DNA of 32,000 nucleotides, from the NCBI RefSeq assembly GCF_021378375.1, contig NZ_CP076228.1, forward strand, positions 990,001 through 1,022,000. The letters run 5' to 3'. The DNA comes from Wolbachia endosymbiont of Drosophila innubila. GTDB lineage: Bacteria; Pseudomonadota; Alphaproteobacteria; Rickettsiales; Anaplasmataceae. The translations under genes and the position numbers were made by a program. Numbering within the stretch: position 1 is the stretch's first letter; every line of letters starts with the position of its first letter. This document shows, in pieces, positions 10,447 through 18,980 of the stretch. The notes under the pieces were generated by a model that made no database searches, had not been told where the DNA came from, and saw nothing but the letters and a program-made list of their open reading frames with translations.

Positions 10447-10506
10447 AGCTACTTGCATGACAAAAAAGGGGAAAGTTTTTTCAAATCCTCGTGTAAAGAA
10501 AAGTAA

Positions 10507-11757
10507 ATGAGTATAAAGAAAAAATTCCTTAAATTACTTCAGTCAAGGCGTGTACATGCTCGTATAAAAAGGAAAAATAAAAAGAACAGAGCGCTACGCT
10601 TTTGTTCTTTCACGGCACTAGTTATCTCACTTGGCTGTCCTGTGTGTATATTGCTCAGTATATTGGTTAACTCTTACAGTGCCTTAACAGTAACGAAAAT
10701 TTTATTGCCAGTTGAAATAAATGCTGATCTTGCTTTGGCGAGTAATCCTAGTGATTTGCGGTATAAGTCCATTGGCTTACTCAACGATTCTTTACGTAAG
10801 GTGTTTGGAGGAACTGATTTTAAAGACGGTGACGAAATTTTAAGTCGTAATTCTTACAAAGAACTAGAGAAATTTTTTCGTAAGAAAGTAAAAGATAGTG
10901 GTGAATATGAGATCTGGTTTACCGCGTCAAGTATAATTAATTCAATAAATAAAGATAAATATTTGAATGATCGTTATGCTAAATTACTTGATTGGCTAAA
11001 AGAAAAGAGGAGAGTGAAAAAATTTTTTAATAAGTCTTTATTCCTTAAATCTGACTCTCGTGAACCTGAAAATGCAGGGATTTTAGGAGCGTTTATCGGT
11101 TCATTAATGACAATTATAGTGTGCCTAGCATTAGCATTACCAATAGGAATTATGTCGGGCATCTGTCTTTACGAATTTATGCCTAAAAATAGGCTAATGA
11201 CTAATATTGTAGAAATTAGCATAAATAATCTTGCTGCAGTGCCTTCAATAATATTTGGTGTAGTGGGCTTAACTCTCTATCTTGGCATATTTGGGCTACC
11301 ACGCTCTTCACCACTTGTTGGTGGAATGACTCTTTCATTTATGATGTTACCTAATATTATAATTGCAACAAAAAATGCCTTTGCGAATGTTCCTATTACG
11401 ATAAAAGATGCAGCGTTTGCGCTCGGTGCACCTCACATCAAGGTGATATTAGATCACTCTTTACCGATTGCGTTACCAAGAATAATACATGGTACTGTGC
11501 TTGCAATTGCAAGGATTTTAGGTGAATCTTCTCCTTTACTTATGATGGGTATGGTGGCATTTATTGCTGATACACCTACGTCCTTTTTCGATCCGGCGAC
11601 TGTTCTACCTGTGCAAATATACATATGGTCAAGCAATCCTGAAATTGCATTTGTTGAACTTGCTGCTATCGCAATTATAGCTTTATTATTGGTGTTATTT
11701 GCGTTAAATTTAGTAGCAAATTTTGTAAAAAGGAAATTCGAATTTTTTAATTTTTAG
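10507..11757 (+). CDS. pstA: phosphate ABC transporter permease PstA
   Basis: 416 aa; contains GIMSGICLYEFMPKNRLMTNIVEISINNLAAVPSIIFGVVGLTLYLG, the permease motif GAPHIKVILDHSLPIALPRIIHGTVLAIARILGESSPLLMMG, and a long N-terminal extension. Confidence 0.93.
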   Translation: MSIKKKFLKLLQSRRVHARIKRKNKKNRALRFCSFTALVISLGCPVCILLSILVNSYSALTVTKILLPVEINADLALASNPSDLRYKSIGLLNDSLRKVFGGTDFKDGDEILSRNSYKELEKFFRKKVKDSGEYEIWFTASSIINSINKDKYLNDRYAKLLDWLKEKRRVKKFFNKSLFLKSDSREPENAGILGAFIGSLMTIIVCLALALPIGIMSGICLYEFMPKNRLMTNIVEISINNLAAVPSIIFGVVGLTLYLGIFGLPRSSPLVGGMTLSFMMLPNIIIATKNAFANVPITIKDAAFALGAPHIKVILDHSLPIALPRIIHGTVLAIARILGESSPLLMMGMVAFIADTPTSFFDPATVLPVQIYIWSSNPEIAFVELAAIAIIALLLVLFALNLVANFVKRKFEFFNF

Positions 11758-11763
11758 CAATTC

Positions 11764-12561
11764 ATGAAAATCACAGTCCTATCTGGTTATGGCTTAAATT
11801 GCGAAAAAGAAACTGCATTTGCATTTATGGAATGCAGCAGAAAACTTGGTATTGGTAATATTGAAGTAAAAATCGTTCACATTAACGATATCATAGATAA
11901 TCCAGGTGAACTGAAATTAAGCAATATACTTGCAATTCCAGGGGGTTTTTCCTATGGTGATGACACTGGTGCTGGTAATGCGTTTGCTTTACGTATTAAA
12001 AACAACTTGTTGGATGAGTTTCAAGAGTTTTTATCTCAGGACAAGCTGATTATAGGAATATGTAATGGTTGTCAGATATTAGTAAAATTAATTCCAGAAT
12101 TCTCTAGTCTAGCTTTAATCCATAATGATATAGGCAATTATCAATGCCGTTGGATTAGAGTGAGAGTTAATTCAAAGAGTAATTCTGTTTGGCTACGGGG
12201 TCTGAGTGAACTATATCTCCCTATTGCTCATGGGGAAGGCAAATTTTTTATGGATCAAGATATTTTGAACCAATTGATTGAGAGCAATTCCACCGCATTA
12301 CGTTACATTGATAAAAATGGCAACTATGCTAACCTACAATTTCCTTACAATCCGAATGGATCTACATACGACCTAGCAGCTTTATCAGATAAAAGTGGAA
12401 GAGTGCTAGCTTTAATGCCCCATCCAGAAAGGGGAATATTTTTTACCCAGCAAGATAATTGGCCCCTTGAAAAAGAAAAGAGCAAGCGTTTAGGTGTTGC
12501 TGTGCCAAAATATGGCGATGGAATGCTTATATTTGAAAATGCACTAAAGTATTTTTGTTAA
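11764..12561 (+). CDS. purQ: phosphoribosylformylglycinamidine synthase, glutamine amidotransferase component (PurQ-like)
   Basis: GYGLNCEKETAFAF, IPGGFSYGDDTGAGNAFALRIKNN, nucleophile motif GICNGCQILVKL, LALMPHPERGIFF. Confidence 0.9.
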   Translation: MKITVLSGYGLNCEKETAFAFMECSRKLGIGNIEVKIVHINDIIDNPGELKLSNILAIPGGFSYGDDTGAGNAFALRIKNNLLDEFQEFLSQDKLIIGICNGCQILVKLIPEFSSLALIHNDIGNYQCRWIRVRVNSKSNSVWLRGLSELYLPIAHGEGKFFMDQDILNQLIESNSTALRYIDKNGNYANLQFPYNPNGSTYDLAALSDKSGRVLALMPHPERGIFFTQQDNWPLEKEKSKRLGVAVPKYGDGMLIFENALKYFC

Positions 12562-12818
12562 AATTTATTGATAGGGATTTATGGTCGAAATTATCCCTGA
12601 TATTGCAAAAAACTTGCTTGACAAGCCTTGCCAGTCCCCTTATCATGAAACTGAAGCTATTTATTTATCTTCTCTGTACAGATTAAATGACAAAAAAACT
12701 CACGTATCTGGCGTCCCATGTTTAATTTTTTGCACTATGTGCATCTTATGTCTTTATAAAATTTCTAGGTTTTTACCTAATATAAGCTGAAATGCGCTTA
12801 TAAAGCATTTAAAATATC

Positions 12819-13068
12819 AAAAAACGCCAACTTAAAAAATGGATAGTGAATAATTAGCTACCCTAGGGTTTCTTTTGCCTTTTTTTCTGTTTAGTAAATT
12901 TCTTAAACATTTATGACTAAAGGTTAGTTGCGTTAAAAAGCAGCTAAATCGCGGTTATTAAGCGTTTAGAATAAAAAAACGCCATACTTGAAAGTATAAT
13001 GTAAGTAATTAGCCAACCACGGGGCTTCTTTTGCCTTTTTTTTATTTGGTAAATTTCTTAATATTTAT
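12819..13068. repeat. two diverged copies of an approximately 90-nt intergenic element (about 12819-12909 and 12973-13066)
   Basis: Shared order of motifs: AAAAAACGCCA-ACTT, about 30 nt, AATTAGC(T/C)A(A)CC, GG(G/C)(T/TT)CTTTTGCCTTTTTTT, TT(A/G)GTAAATTTCTTAA. Confidence 0.6.
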
Positions 13069-13083
13069 AGCTAAACGACAACC

Positions 13084-13293
13084 GTCATCCCGCTACTTGT
13101 TAGCGGGATCTATGCTTTGAGATACCGCGAATGAATCGCGGTATGACGGTGTAATGATGGTTAAGTAATTCGTCATTCCGCTACTTGTTAGCGGCTGAGA
13201 TACCGCGAATGAATCGCGGTATGACGGTGTAATGATGGTTAAGTAATTCGTCATCCCGCTGCTTGTTAGCGGGATCTAGAGATACCGCAACGT
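13084..13293. repeat. tandem array of palindromic REP-like units (about 2.5 units: 13084-13147, 13172-13225, 13250-about 13293)
   Basis: Each full unit contains a (GT)CAT(C/T)CCGCTACTTGTTAGCGG segment and the hairpin ATACCGCG-AATGAAT-CGCGGTAT. The spacer GACGGTGTAATGATGGTTAAGTAATTCGTCAT is repeated verbatim. Confidence 0.85.
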
Positions 13294-13362
13294 CTCACCT
13301 ATAGCCTTCAGTGCTCCTTTTTTTGCCATCCCAGCGTCACGCGTTGGTTTCAACATTATATC

Positions 13363-14826
13363 ATGAACTTTCTAAAATTCATTGAACTGTGTTTTCAAAC
13401 GGTAGTGCCGGGGTGTGAGTATAATGATTATCAGTATATAAAAGTCATAGCAGACAGACTTGAAGCGGCAAATGTTGGCAAAATGAGGCGAATAATATTC
13501 AATATGCCTCCGCGTTCAATGAAGTCCCTGTGCGCTAGTGTTGCGTGGCCCGCATGGATACTGGGAAATCAGCCAACTGCAAGAATAATAGTTGCAAGCT
13601 ACTCTCGGCTGCTTAGCGAAAAGCACTCGCTCGATACAAGATGCATAATGCAGTCTAGTTGGTATAGAGAGCTGTTTCCAGAGGTAGAACTATCCAAAGA
13701 TCAGAATACCAAATACAAATTTCAAACAGTGCAGAGAGGATACAGAATCGCAACGTCAGTTGGAGGGACGTTAACAGGTGAAGGTGGTGATTTCATCATC
13801 GTGGATGATCCACTGAGTCCCGCCCAAGCTTTGAGTGAAACGTTTAGAAAGCGTGCTACAAATTGGTTTGACCAGACTTTAGTAGCCAGGCTCAACAATA
13901 GAAAAAAAGGAGTAATTGTTCTTGTGATGCATAGGCTACATCAAGAAGATTTAACCGGGCACCTTCTCTCCAAACCGAAAAACATATGGAACCATACTTG
14001 TTTACCGATGATATCTGAAAATAAGGAGATTATCTATTCAATCAAAAAGCCAGCGCCTCCTTTTCTTGTTCCTGTCACCCGAGTAACTACAAATGAGTAC
14101 AAAAGCTGGATTACAGCATCAAGTGCTAGAATGACACCACCCGTAATATTATACTCAAGAGAAGAAGGTCAGTTGCTATATCCCCTCGATGGAGGAAAAG
14201 AAGAAGTTGAGATGATAAAGGTTGAACTTGGAAGTTACGCTTTTGCTGCACAATATCAACAAAACCCTCTGCCACTTTCAAGTGGTATAATTAAACGAGA
14301 GTGGCTGAAGCGCTATAGAAATTTTTCTGATAGTCTCTCATATGTCACTCAGAGCTGGGACACTGCAGTTTCAACAAGCAGCATGAGCAACTTTAGCGTC
14401 TGCACCACCTGGACAAAAGTGGGCAATAAATTCTATTTACTCGATGTATATCGCGCAAAGCTTGAGTATCCAAAGCTTAAAGAACAGGTTTTGTCACTAG
14501 CTGCAAGATGGACGCCACACGCAATTTTAATCGAAGCAAAAACAAGTGGTCAACAATTGGTGCAAGAGCTAAAGACAAACAGTGATTTACCGATTATTGA
14601 AATAGTGCCACATGATGACAAGCTCACTCGATTTCATCAAATTGTTCCGATTATAGAGTCTGGCAAGGTTTTTCTGCCGCACCAAGCAGTATGGCTGAAC
14701 GATTTTGAGTATGAGATTTTAATGTTTCCTGAAACTCGACACGATGATCAAGTGGATAGTACCGTGCAATATTTGCAGTGGGTGAGAGATAGTAGCTCTA
14801 GGGTCGCAGCTTTACGGGCATTGTGA
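13363..14826 (+). CDS. terL: phage/GTA-type terminase large subunit
   Basis: 487 aa; ATPase region RRIIFNMPPRSMKSLCASVAWPAW (Walker A-like) with GGDFIIVDDPL (Walker B), and nuclease region VTQSWDTAV ... ILIEAKTSGQQLVQEL ... RHDDQVDSTVQYLQW. Confidence 0.92.
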   Translation: MNFLKFIELCFQTVVPGCEYNDYQYIKVIADRLEAANVGKMRRIIFNMPPRSMKSLCASVAWPAWILGNQPTARIIVASYSRLLSEKHSLDTRCIMQSSWYRELFPEVELSKDQNTKYKFQTVQRGYRIATSVGGTLTGEGGDFIIVDDPLSPAQALSETFRKRATNWFDQTLVARLNNRKKGVIVLVMHRLHQEDLTGHLLSKPKNIWNHTCLPMISENKEIIYSIKKPAPPFLVPVTRVTTNEYKSWITASSARMTPPVILYSREEGQLLYPLDGGKEEVEMIKVELGSYAFAAQYQQNPLPLSSGIIKREWLKRYRNFSDSLSYVTQSWDTAVSTSSMSNFSVCTTWTKVGNKFYLLDVYRAKLEYPKLKEQVLSLAARWTPHAILIEAKTSGQQLVQELKTNSDLPIIEIVPHDDKLTRFHQIVPIIESGKVFLPHQAVWLNDFEYEILMFPETRHDDQVDSTVQYLQWVRDSSSRVAALRAL

Positions 14827-14879
14827 TTTAAGCCTACCAGATCCAAGTAGTCAGCTACTTGCATGACACCCTGACAACC

Positions 14880-15157
14880 GTCATCCCGCTACGTGTTAGC
14901 GGGATCTAGAGATACCGCGAATGAATCGCGGTATGACGGTTCGTGGTGGTATGACAGTTCGTGGCGGTATGACGGTTCGCGGCAGCATGACGATAAGCTC
15001 GTCATCCCGCTACGTGTTAGCGGGATCTATGCTAAAAGATACCACGGCGGTATGACGTAGAACTGCTGCTTGTTAGCGGATGAGATACCGCGAATGAATC
15101 GCGGTATGACGGTTAAGTACGTGTTAGCGGCTAAGAGATACTGCGGCGGTATGACGT
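14880..15157. repeat. second array of the same palindromic REP-like family, partly degenerate
   Basis: GTCATCCCGCTACGTGTTAGCGGGATCTAGAGATACCGCGAATGAATCGCGGTATGAC at 14880-14937, followed by short GGTTCGTGG(T/C)GGTATGAC repeats and further partial units to about 15157. Confidence 0.85.
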
Positions 15158-15179
15158 AGAGCTCGCGTTAGCTATAAGA

Positions 15180-16157
15180 TTAGCTAACATTCTGCACGTC
15201 CATAAAAAACAAACCTTCTTTTTCGTCTTGAACGCTAATAATAGCGTGAGTGTTAAAAGGTAAAGGATCATTTGTATGTCCATGGCCTACCCCTTTCATA
15301 GTAAATACAGGAAAGTTAACACTTTTTGCAAACCTTTCTTTTACAACTTCAACAAGGTTATCGTTATAGCAGTTAACGAAATCCCCAAAGATTACTGCAT
15401 GTACTCCATCAAAGATGTGAGCTTGTTTTAGGTGATCTAAACTGCGCTCTATTGCGTATGGGTAGACTCTTATGTCCTCTAAAAATAGAATTTTACCTTT
15501 CGCATTTATTTGCCAAACAGTTCCTATACTGTTTTCAACTAAAGTCATATTACCACCGATGATTTTAGACTTTAATCTGCCATCTTTTAGTCTAATGCCA
15601 TTATTTATCATCTTTAGCTTATCAAATCTGATAGAATCCCGCTTGTTAAGAATTAACTCTTTCAATTTTTCAACAGAGCTTTCAGAAACGGAGTTATTTA
15701 CTATCATTTCCAACATGGTGCCGTGAAGAGTTTGCCAATCATATTTAGCTTGTAGATGGATGTGCAAGGCAGTTATATCGCTATAGCCTATGAGGATCTT
15801 TTTGTTTTGAGCAATCCTTTCTTTTTTATCATTGGGTAACTTTTCTAGATAGGGAATTAACCGAGAAGCCCCTTCTCCTCCTCTGATACACCAGATTATT
15901 TTACTATCACCGGTTAGTGCACTAACCAAATCATTTGCTCTGAATTCATCAGAGTTGGAATAAAATGGGTTATCATTACTATATATTTTCTCCGAAATAT
16001 GGGGATTAAAATCCAAAGCTTCTACATATTCTTTTATAGTAGTCAGATCTGATTCTTTTCCCTTGGAGGAAGGAGCAATAATATCAACTTGGTCCATTGC
16101 ATGAATACCTGTGTTAGCACATAAAGTGAGAATGAAATATAAAAGGTAAACAATCAT
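15180..16157 (-). CDS. ldcA: LD-carboxypeptidase (MccF/LdcA family), probable secreted form
   Basis: DQVDIIAPSSKG, RANDLVSALTGDSKIIWCIRGGEGASRLIPYL, ILIGYSDITALHIHL, FPVFTMKGVGHG, preceded by MIVYLLYFILTLCANTGIHA, a probable signal peptide. Confidence 0.88.
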   Translation of the reverse strand: MIVYLLYFILTLCANTGIHAMDQVDIIAPSSKGKESDLTTIKEYVEALDFNPHISEKIYSNDNPFYSNSDEFRANDLVSALTGDSKIIWCIRGGEGASRLIPYLEKLPNDKKERIAQNKKILIGYSDITALHIHLQAKYDWQTLHGTMLEMIVNNSVSESSVEKLKELILNKRDSIRFDKLKMINNGIRLKDGRLKSKIIGGNMTLVENSIGTVWQINAKGKILFLEDIRVYPYAIERSLDHLKQAHIFDGVHAVIFGDFVNCYNDNLVEVVKERFAKSVNFPVFTMKGVGHGHTNDPLPFNTHAIISVQDEKEGLFFMDVQNVS

Positions 16158-16774
16158 TAAAATATCTTATAAAACTCTTTTTTTAGTATATCATCCAATT
16201 CAGAGAGTGGAACTTTCACTCCTAGTTCTTCCATTGACGTGACGCCATAACCTTGCAACCCACAAGGAATAATACCCTTATAGTGAGAGAGGTCTGGAAA
16301 GACGTTAAGCGCTATGCCATGATAAGTTACCCATTTTCTTAAGCGAATACCAAAAGCTGCAATTTTTTTTTCTACTCCGTTATGGTTTACCCAAATGCCT
16401 ATTCTATCTTCTCTAAACTCTCCAAGTATATTAAATTGCTTTAAAACATTTATGATCCACTTACTTAGATCTCTAATATATAGCTTTATATCGCATTTGT
16501 TTCTTTTTTTAAGGTTTAACATTAAATATATAATGCGCTGTCCTGGACCATGATATGTGTGTTTACCACCCCTTCCTGTTTTATATATGGGAAATAGTTT
16601 TTCAACAATATCATCAGCTGTTGCACTGATTCCTGCAGTATAAAGTGGAGGGTGCTGGAGTAGCCATACCAATTCGTCTGCTGAATTATTGTGAATTTGT
16701 TGAATTTTCTCTTCCATGGATTTTACAGCACAGTTATAATCAATAAGCTGATTAGATATTAGCCATTCTGTCAT
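16157..16774 (-). CDS. lipB: lipoyl(octanoyl) transferase
   Basis: 205 aa; contains LLQHPPLYTAGISA, GRGGKHTYHGPGQRIIYLML, KIAAFGIRLRKWVTYHGIALNVFPDLSHYKGIIPCGLQGYGVTSM. Confidence 0.95.
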   Translation of the reverse strand: MTEWLISNQLIDYNCAVKSMEEKIQQIHNNSADELVWLLQHPPLYTAGISATADDIVEKLFPIYKTGRGGKHTYHGPGQRIIYLMLNLKKRNKCDIKLYIRDLSKWIINVLKQFNILGEFREDRIGIWVNHNGVEKKIAAFGIRLRKWVTYHGIALNVFPDLSHYKGIIPCGLQGYGVTSMEELGVKVPLSELDDILKKEFYKIF

Positions 16775-17024
16775 ATTCTATTTCTTTTTTTTAGTATAGC
16801 AGTTCGTTTTTTCCTGTTATTCCAGTGTGTGACACTGGGCGCAGCCTTTCTTATTCCTAATATACTTAATACTAACTTCTGTGCTATTTCTCCTTAACAA
16901 ACATAGTACATGACAAATGTTTAATTATTTGTCAACACAGGTCCTCTTTACGTATAGGCAACTTTTTTTATTGAAAAATTCAGAAAAATGTTGTATAATT
17001 ATTAGTAGATTTTAGGTAAAATAT

Positions 17025-17258
17025 ATGGCAAACTCAAAATTTAGCATAACTTTCAACAACGAAATTTCAGAGTGTCTTGCTGGACTGGCTAAAATAAGAA
17101 ATAAGTCCATTAAAGAACTAACAGAGAAGCTAATACAAGAAGCAATTGAAAATGAGGAAGATAAAATACTAATTGAGCGTGCTGCTAAACGTAATGTTTC
17201 AAGTGTAAAGAAAATTAGAAGTGAGGATGTAGACTGGAATACAATATTATCTTCATAG
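17025..17258 (+). CDS. antitoxin of a RelBE/ParDE-like module (ribbon-helix-helix type)
   Basis: 77 aa; MANSKFSITFNNEISECLAGLAKIRNKSIKELTEKLIQEAIENEEDKILIERAAKR. Short, immediately upstream of and overlapping a RelE-like frame. Confidence 0.8.
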   Translation: MANSKFSITFNNEISECLAGLAKIRNKSIKELTEKLIQEAIENEEDKILIERAAKRNVSSVKKIRSEDVDWNTILSS

Positions 17259-17497
17259 AAAGCGTTCTTGAGAAAGACCTTCCAGCTCTTCCAAAAACAA
17301 TAAGATTAAGGATCATAAATGCGATAAATAAGCGCCTTACAGTTGATCCCATTAACCTTGGTGAGCCATTATATTACAGATTTAAAGGACAAAGAAGATT
17401 AAGGGTAGGTGATTATCGCGTTATCTATTCCGTAAATATTATAAAATATGAAGTGGTTATCACAGAGATAGGACACAGAAAAGATATTTATAAGTAA
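17234..17497 (+). CDS. relE: RelE/ParE-family toxin; non-canonical start (CTG at 17234 is the most plausible)
   Basis: Own translation: (L)EYNIIFIESVLEKDLPALPKTIRLRIINAINKRLTVDPINLGEPLYYRFKGQRRLRVGDYRVIYSVNIIKYEVVITEIGHRKDIYK*. The frame is open from 17225 (TGA at 17222) to TAA at 17495-17497. GDYRVIY...I..IGHRKDIYK is typical of RelE toxins. Confidence 0.82.
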   Translation: MEYNIIFIESVLEKDLPALPKTIRLRIINAINKRLTVDPINLGEPLYYRFKGQRRLRVGDYRVIYSVNIIKYEVVITEIGHRKDIYK

Positions 17498-17732
17498 GTA
17501 CATCATATAAATATTAAATATATTTTTACTCCTTCCTGATTCATTTTCTACCTTAGGTGGCTTCGCTCAGCTCAAAAAAAAAGCTCATTCTTTTTGCTAC
17601 CCCTTATTGTGCCTGCCATTTAACTACTGTGTAGAGATTGCTCTCAAACATAATGTTCGTACGTTAGTATATCCTTCCTGTGACACCAATTGATATAATT
17701 CTACCACAAATTCAATTTTTTAGGAGGCATAT

Positions 17733-18926
17733 ATGAATCTCAATATTTTTCAAAGAAAAAAAAGCGCAGTATTTACTAAATATTCTGCTTTGCAGCTAAT
17801 GATGGAGCCAAGTTGGAGTAAGCGTGATTATGTAAGTTTTGCTGAGGAAGGTTACATAAAAAATGTTATTGCCTTTCGAGCAATTAATATGATTGCAAGT
17901 GCTGCATCTTCGGTACCTTTTACTCTCTGCCAGCTTACTGAACAGGGAAAATCGCAATTAAAAGCCCATCCATTACTGAAATTACTTTATTCTCCTAATC
18001 TAATGACATCAAAATCGGAATTTATTGAGGGGATTGTAACTTATCGGTTAGTTAACGGCAATTCTTATATATTGATGGTTGAGTCACAGAATAGTAGAAA
18101 ACCACCAACAGAGCTTTATCTTCTGCGCCCCGATAGGGTTGAAATTGTTCCAGGGAGAAATAACGTTCCTTATATCTATCGTTATACCATAAATAACAAC
18201 AGTTATGACTTTAAAGTTGATAAACTAACTGGATGTTCAGCAGTGTTGCACTTAAAGACCTTTAATCCTTTGAATGATTGGTATGGGTTATCACCAATTG
18301 AGGCAGCTGCATATAGCATAGATCAACATAATCAGGCGGGTGCTTGGAATCAAGCGATGTTGCAAAATGGGGCAAGACCAAGTGGTGCAATAGTTGTAAA
18401 ATCAGCAAAAGATGGAAGTGGTGGAAGTTTAAGTCAAGAGCAGTACCAACGCTTAAAAGCACAGATAAATGATCATTATTCAGGTTCTATAAACGCTGGA
18501 AGACCGATATTGCTTGAAGGAGGCTTGGAGTGGAAAGAAATGAGCTTATCGCCAAGGGATATGGATTTTATTGAGTCCAAACACAGCTCAGCTCGTGATA
18601 TTGCGCTAGCTTTTGGCGTTCCACCGCAATTGCTTGGCATACTGGGTGATAACACTTATAGCAATTTAGTCGAAGCACGCTTATCCCTCTGGGAGCAGAC
18701 GGTTTTACCAACGCTAGAAAATATTATCTGTCACCTGAATTCTTGGCTGACACCAAGATTTGGTGAAGATCTGTGCTTGTCGTATGACAAAGATGCAATA
18801 GAAATTCTCATGGAAAAAAGACAAAAGTTGTGGAAATACGTAGAAAACGCAAGCTTCATGACGCTCAACGAAAAGAGAGAAGCATTTGGCTTGCCACCAC
18901 TGCCAGGTGGTGATGAGTTAGGTTAA
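17733..18926 (+). CDS. HK97-family phage/GTA portal protein
   Basis: 397 aa; contains AFRAINMIASAASSVPFTL, HPLLKLLYSPN, LYLLRPDRVEIVPG, GLSPIEAAAYSIDQHNQAGAWNQAMLQNGARPSGAIV, DIALAFGVPPQLLGILGDNTYSNLVEARLSLWEQTVLP. Confidence 0.93.
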   Translation: MNLNIFQRKKSAVFTKYSALQLMMEPSWSKRDYVSFAEEGYIKNVIAFRAINMIASAASSVPFTLCQLTEQGKSQLKAHPLLKLLYSPNLMTSKSEFIEGIVTYRLVNGNSYILMVESQNSRKPPTELYLLRPDRVEIVPGRNNVPYIYRYTINNNSYDFKVDKLTGCSAVLHLKTFNPLNDWYGLSPIEAAAYSIDQHNQAGAWNQAMLQNGARPSGAIVVKSAKDGSGGSLSQEQYQRLKAQINDHYSGSINAGRPILLEGGLEWKEMSLSPRDMDFIESKHSSARDIALAFGVPPQLLGILGDNTYSNLVEARLSLWEQTVLPTLENIICHLNSWLTPRFGEDLCLSYDKDAIEILMEKRQKLWKYVENASFMTLNEKREAFGLPPLPGGDELG

Positions 18927-18980
18927 GTTTGTATCCGTTCAGATGAGTTTATTGTCCCCTAAACCGTACACCTAAGTAAA

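Noticed and set aside
10222-10506. Three small ORFs (10222-10458 -, 10242-10460 +, 10312-10506 +) downstream of rplS
   Set aside because: They lie within the palindromic repeat region, overlap one another on both strands, and their translations reflect the repeat (e.g. CVIPVLRHWDPAF...).
12581-12790. 69-aa ORF MVEIIPDIAKNLLDKPCQSPYHETEAIYLSSLY... downstream of purQ
   Set aside because: Could be the remnant of a larger gene, but no recognisable motif. Too weak to list as a feature; worth a BLASTX only.
13084-13293. Possibility that the repeat array is a CRISPR
   Set aside because: Units are palindromic and of variable length, the spacers between units are themselves repeated rather than unique, and there are no cas genes nearby.
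13363-18926. A complete prophage WO region
   Set aside because: Only terminase and portal are present; the intervening genes are housekeeping (ldcA, lipB) or a TA module. No integrase, capsid, tail, ankyrin or cif-type genes are seen.
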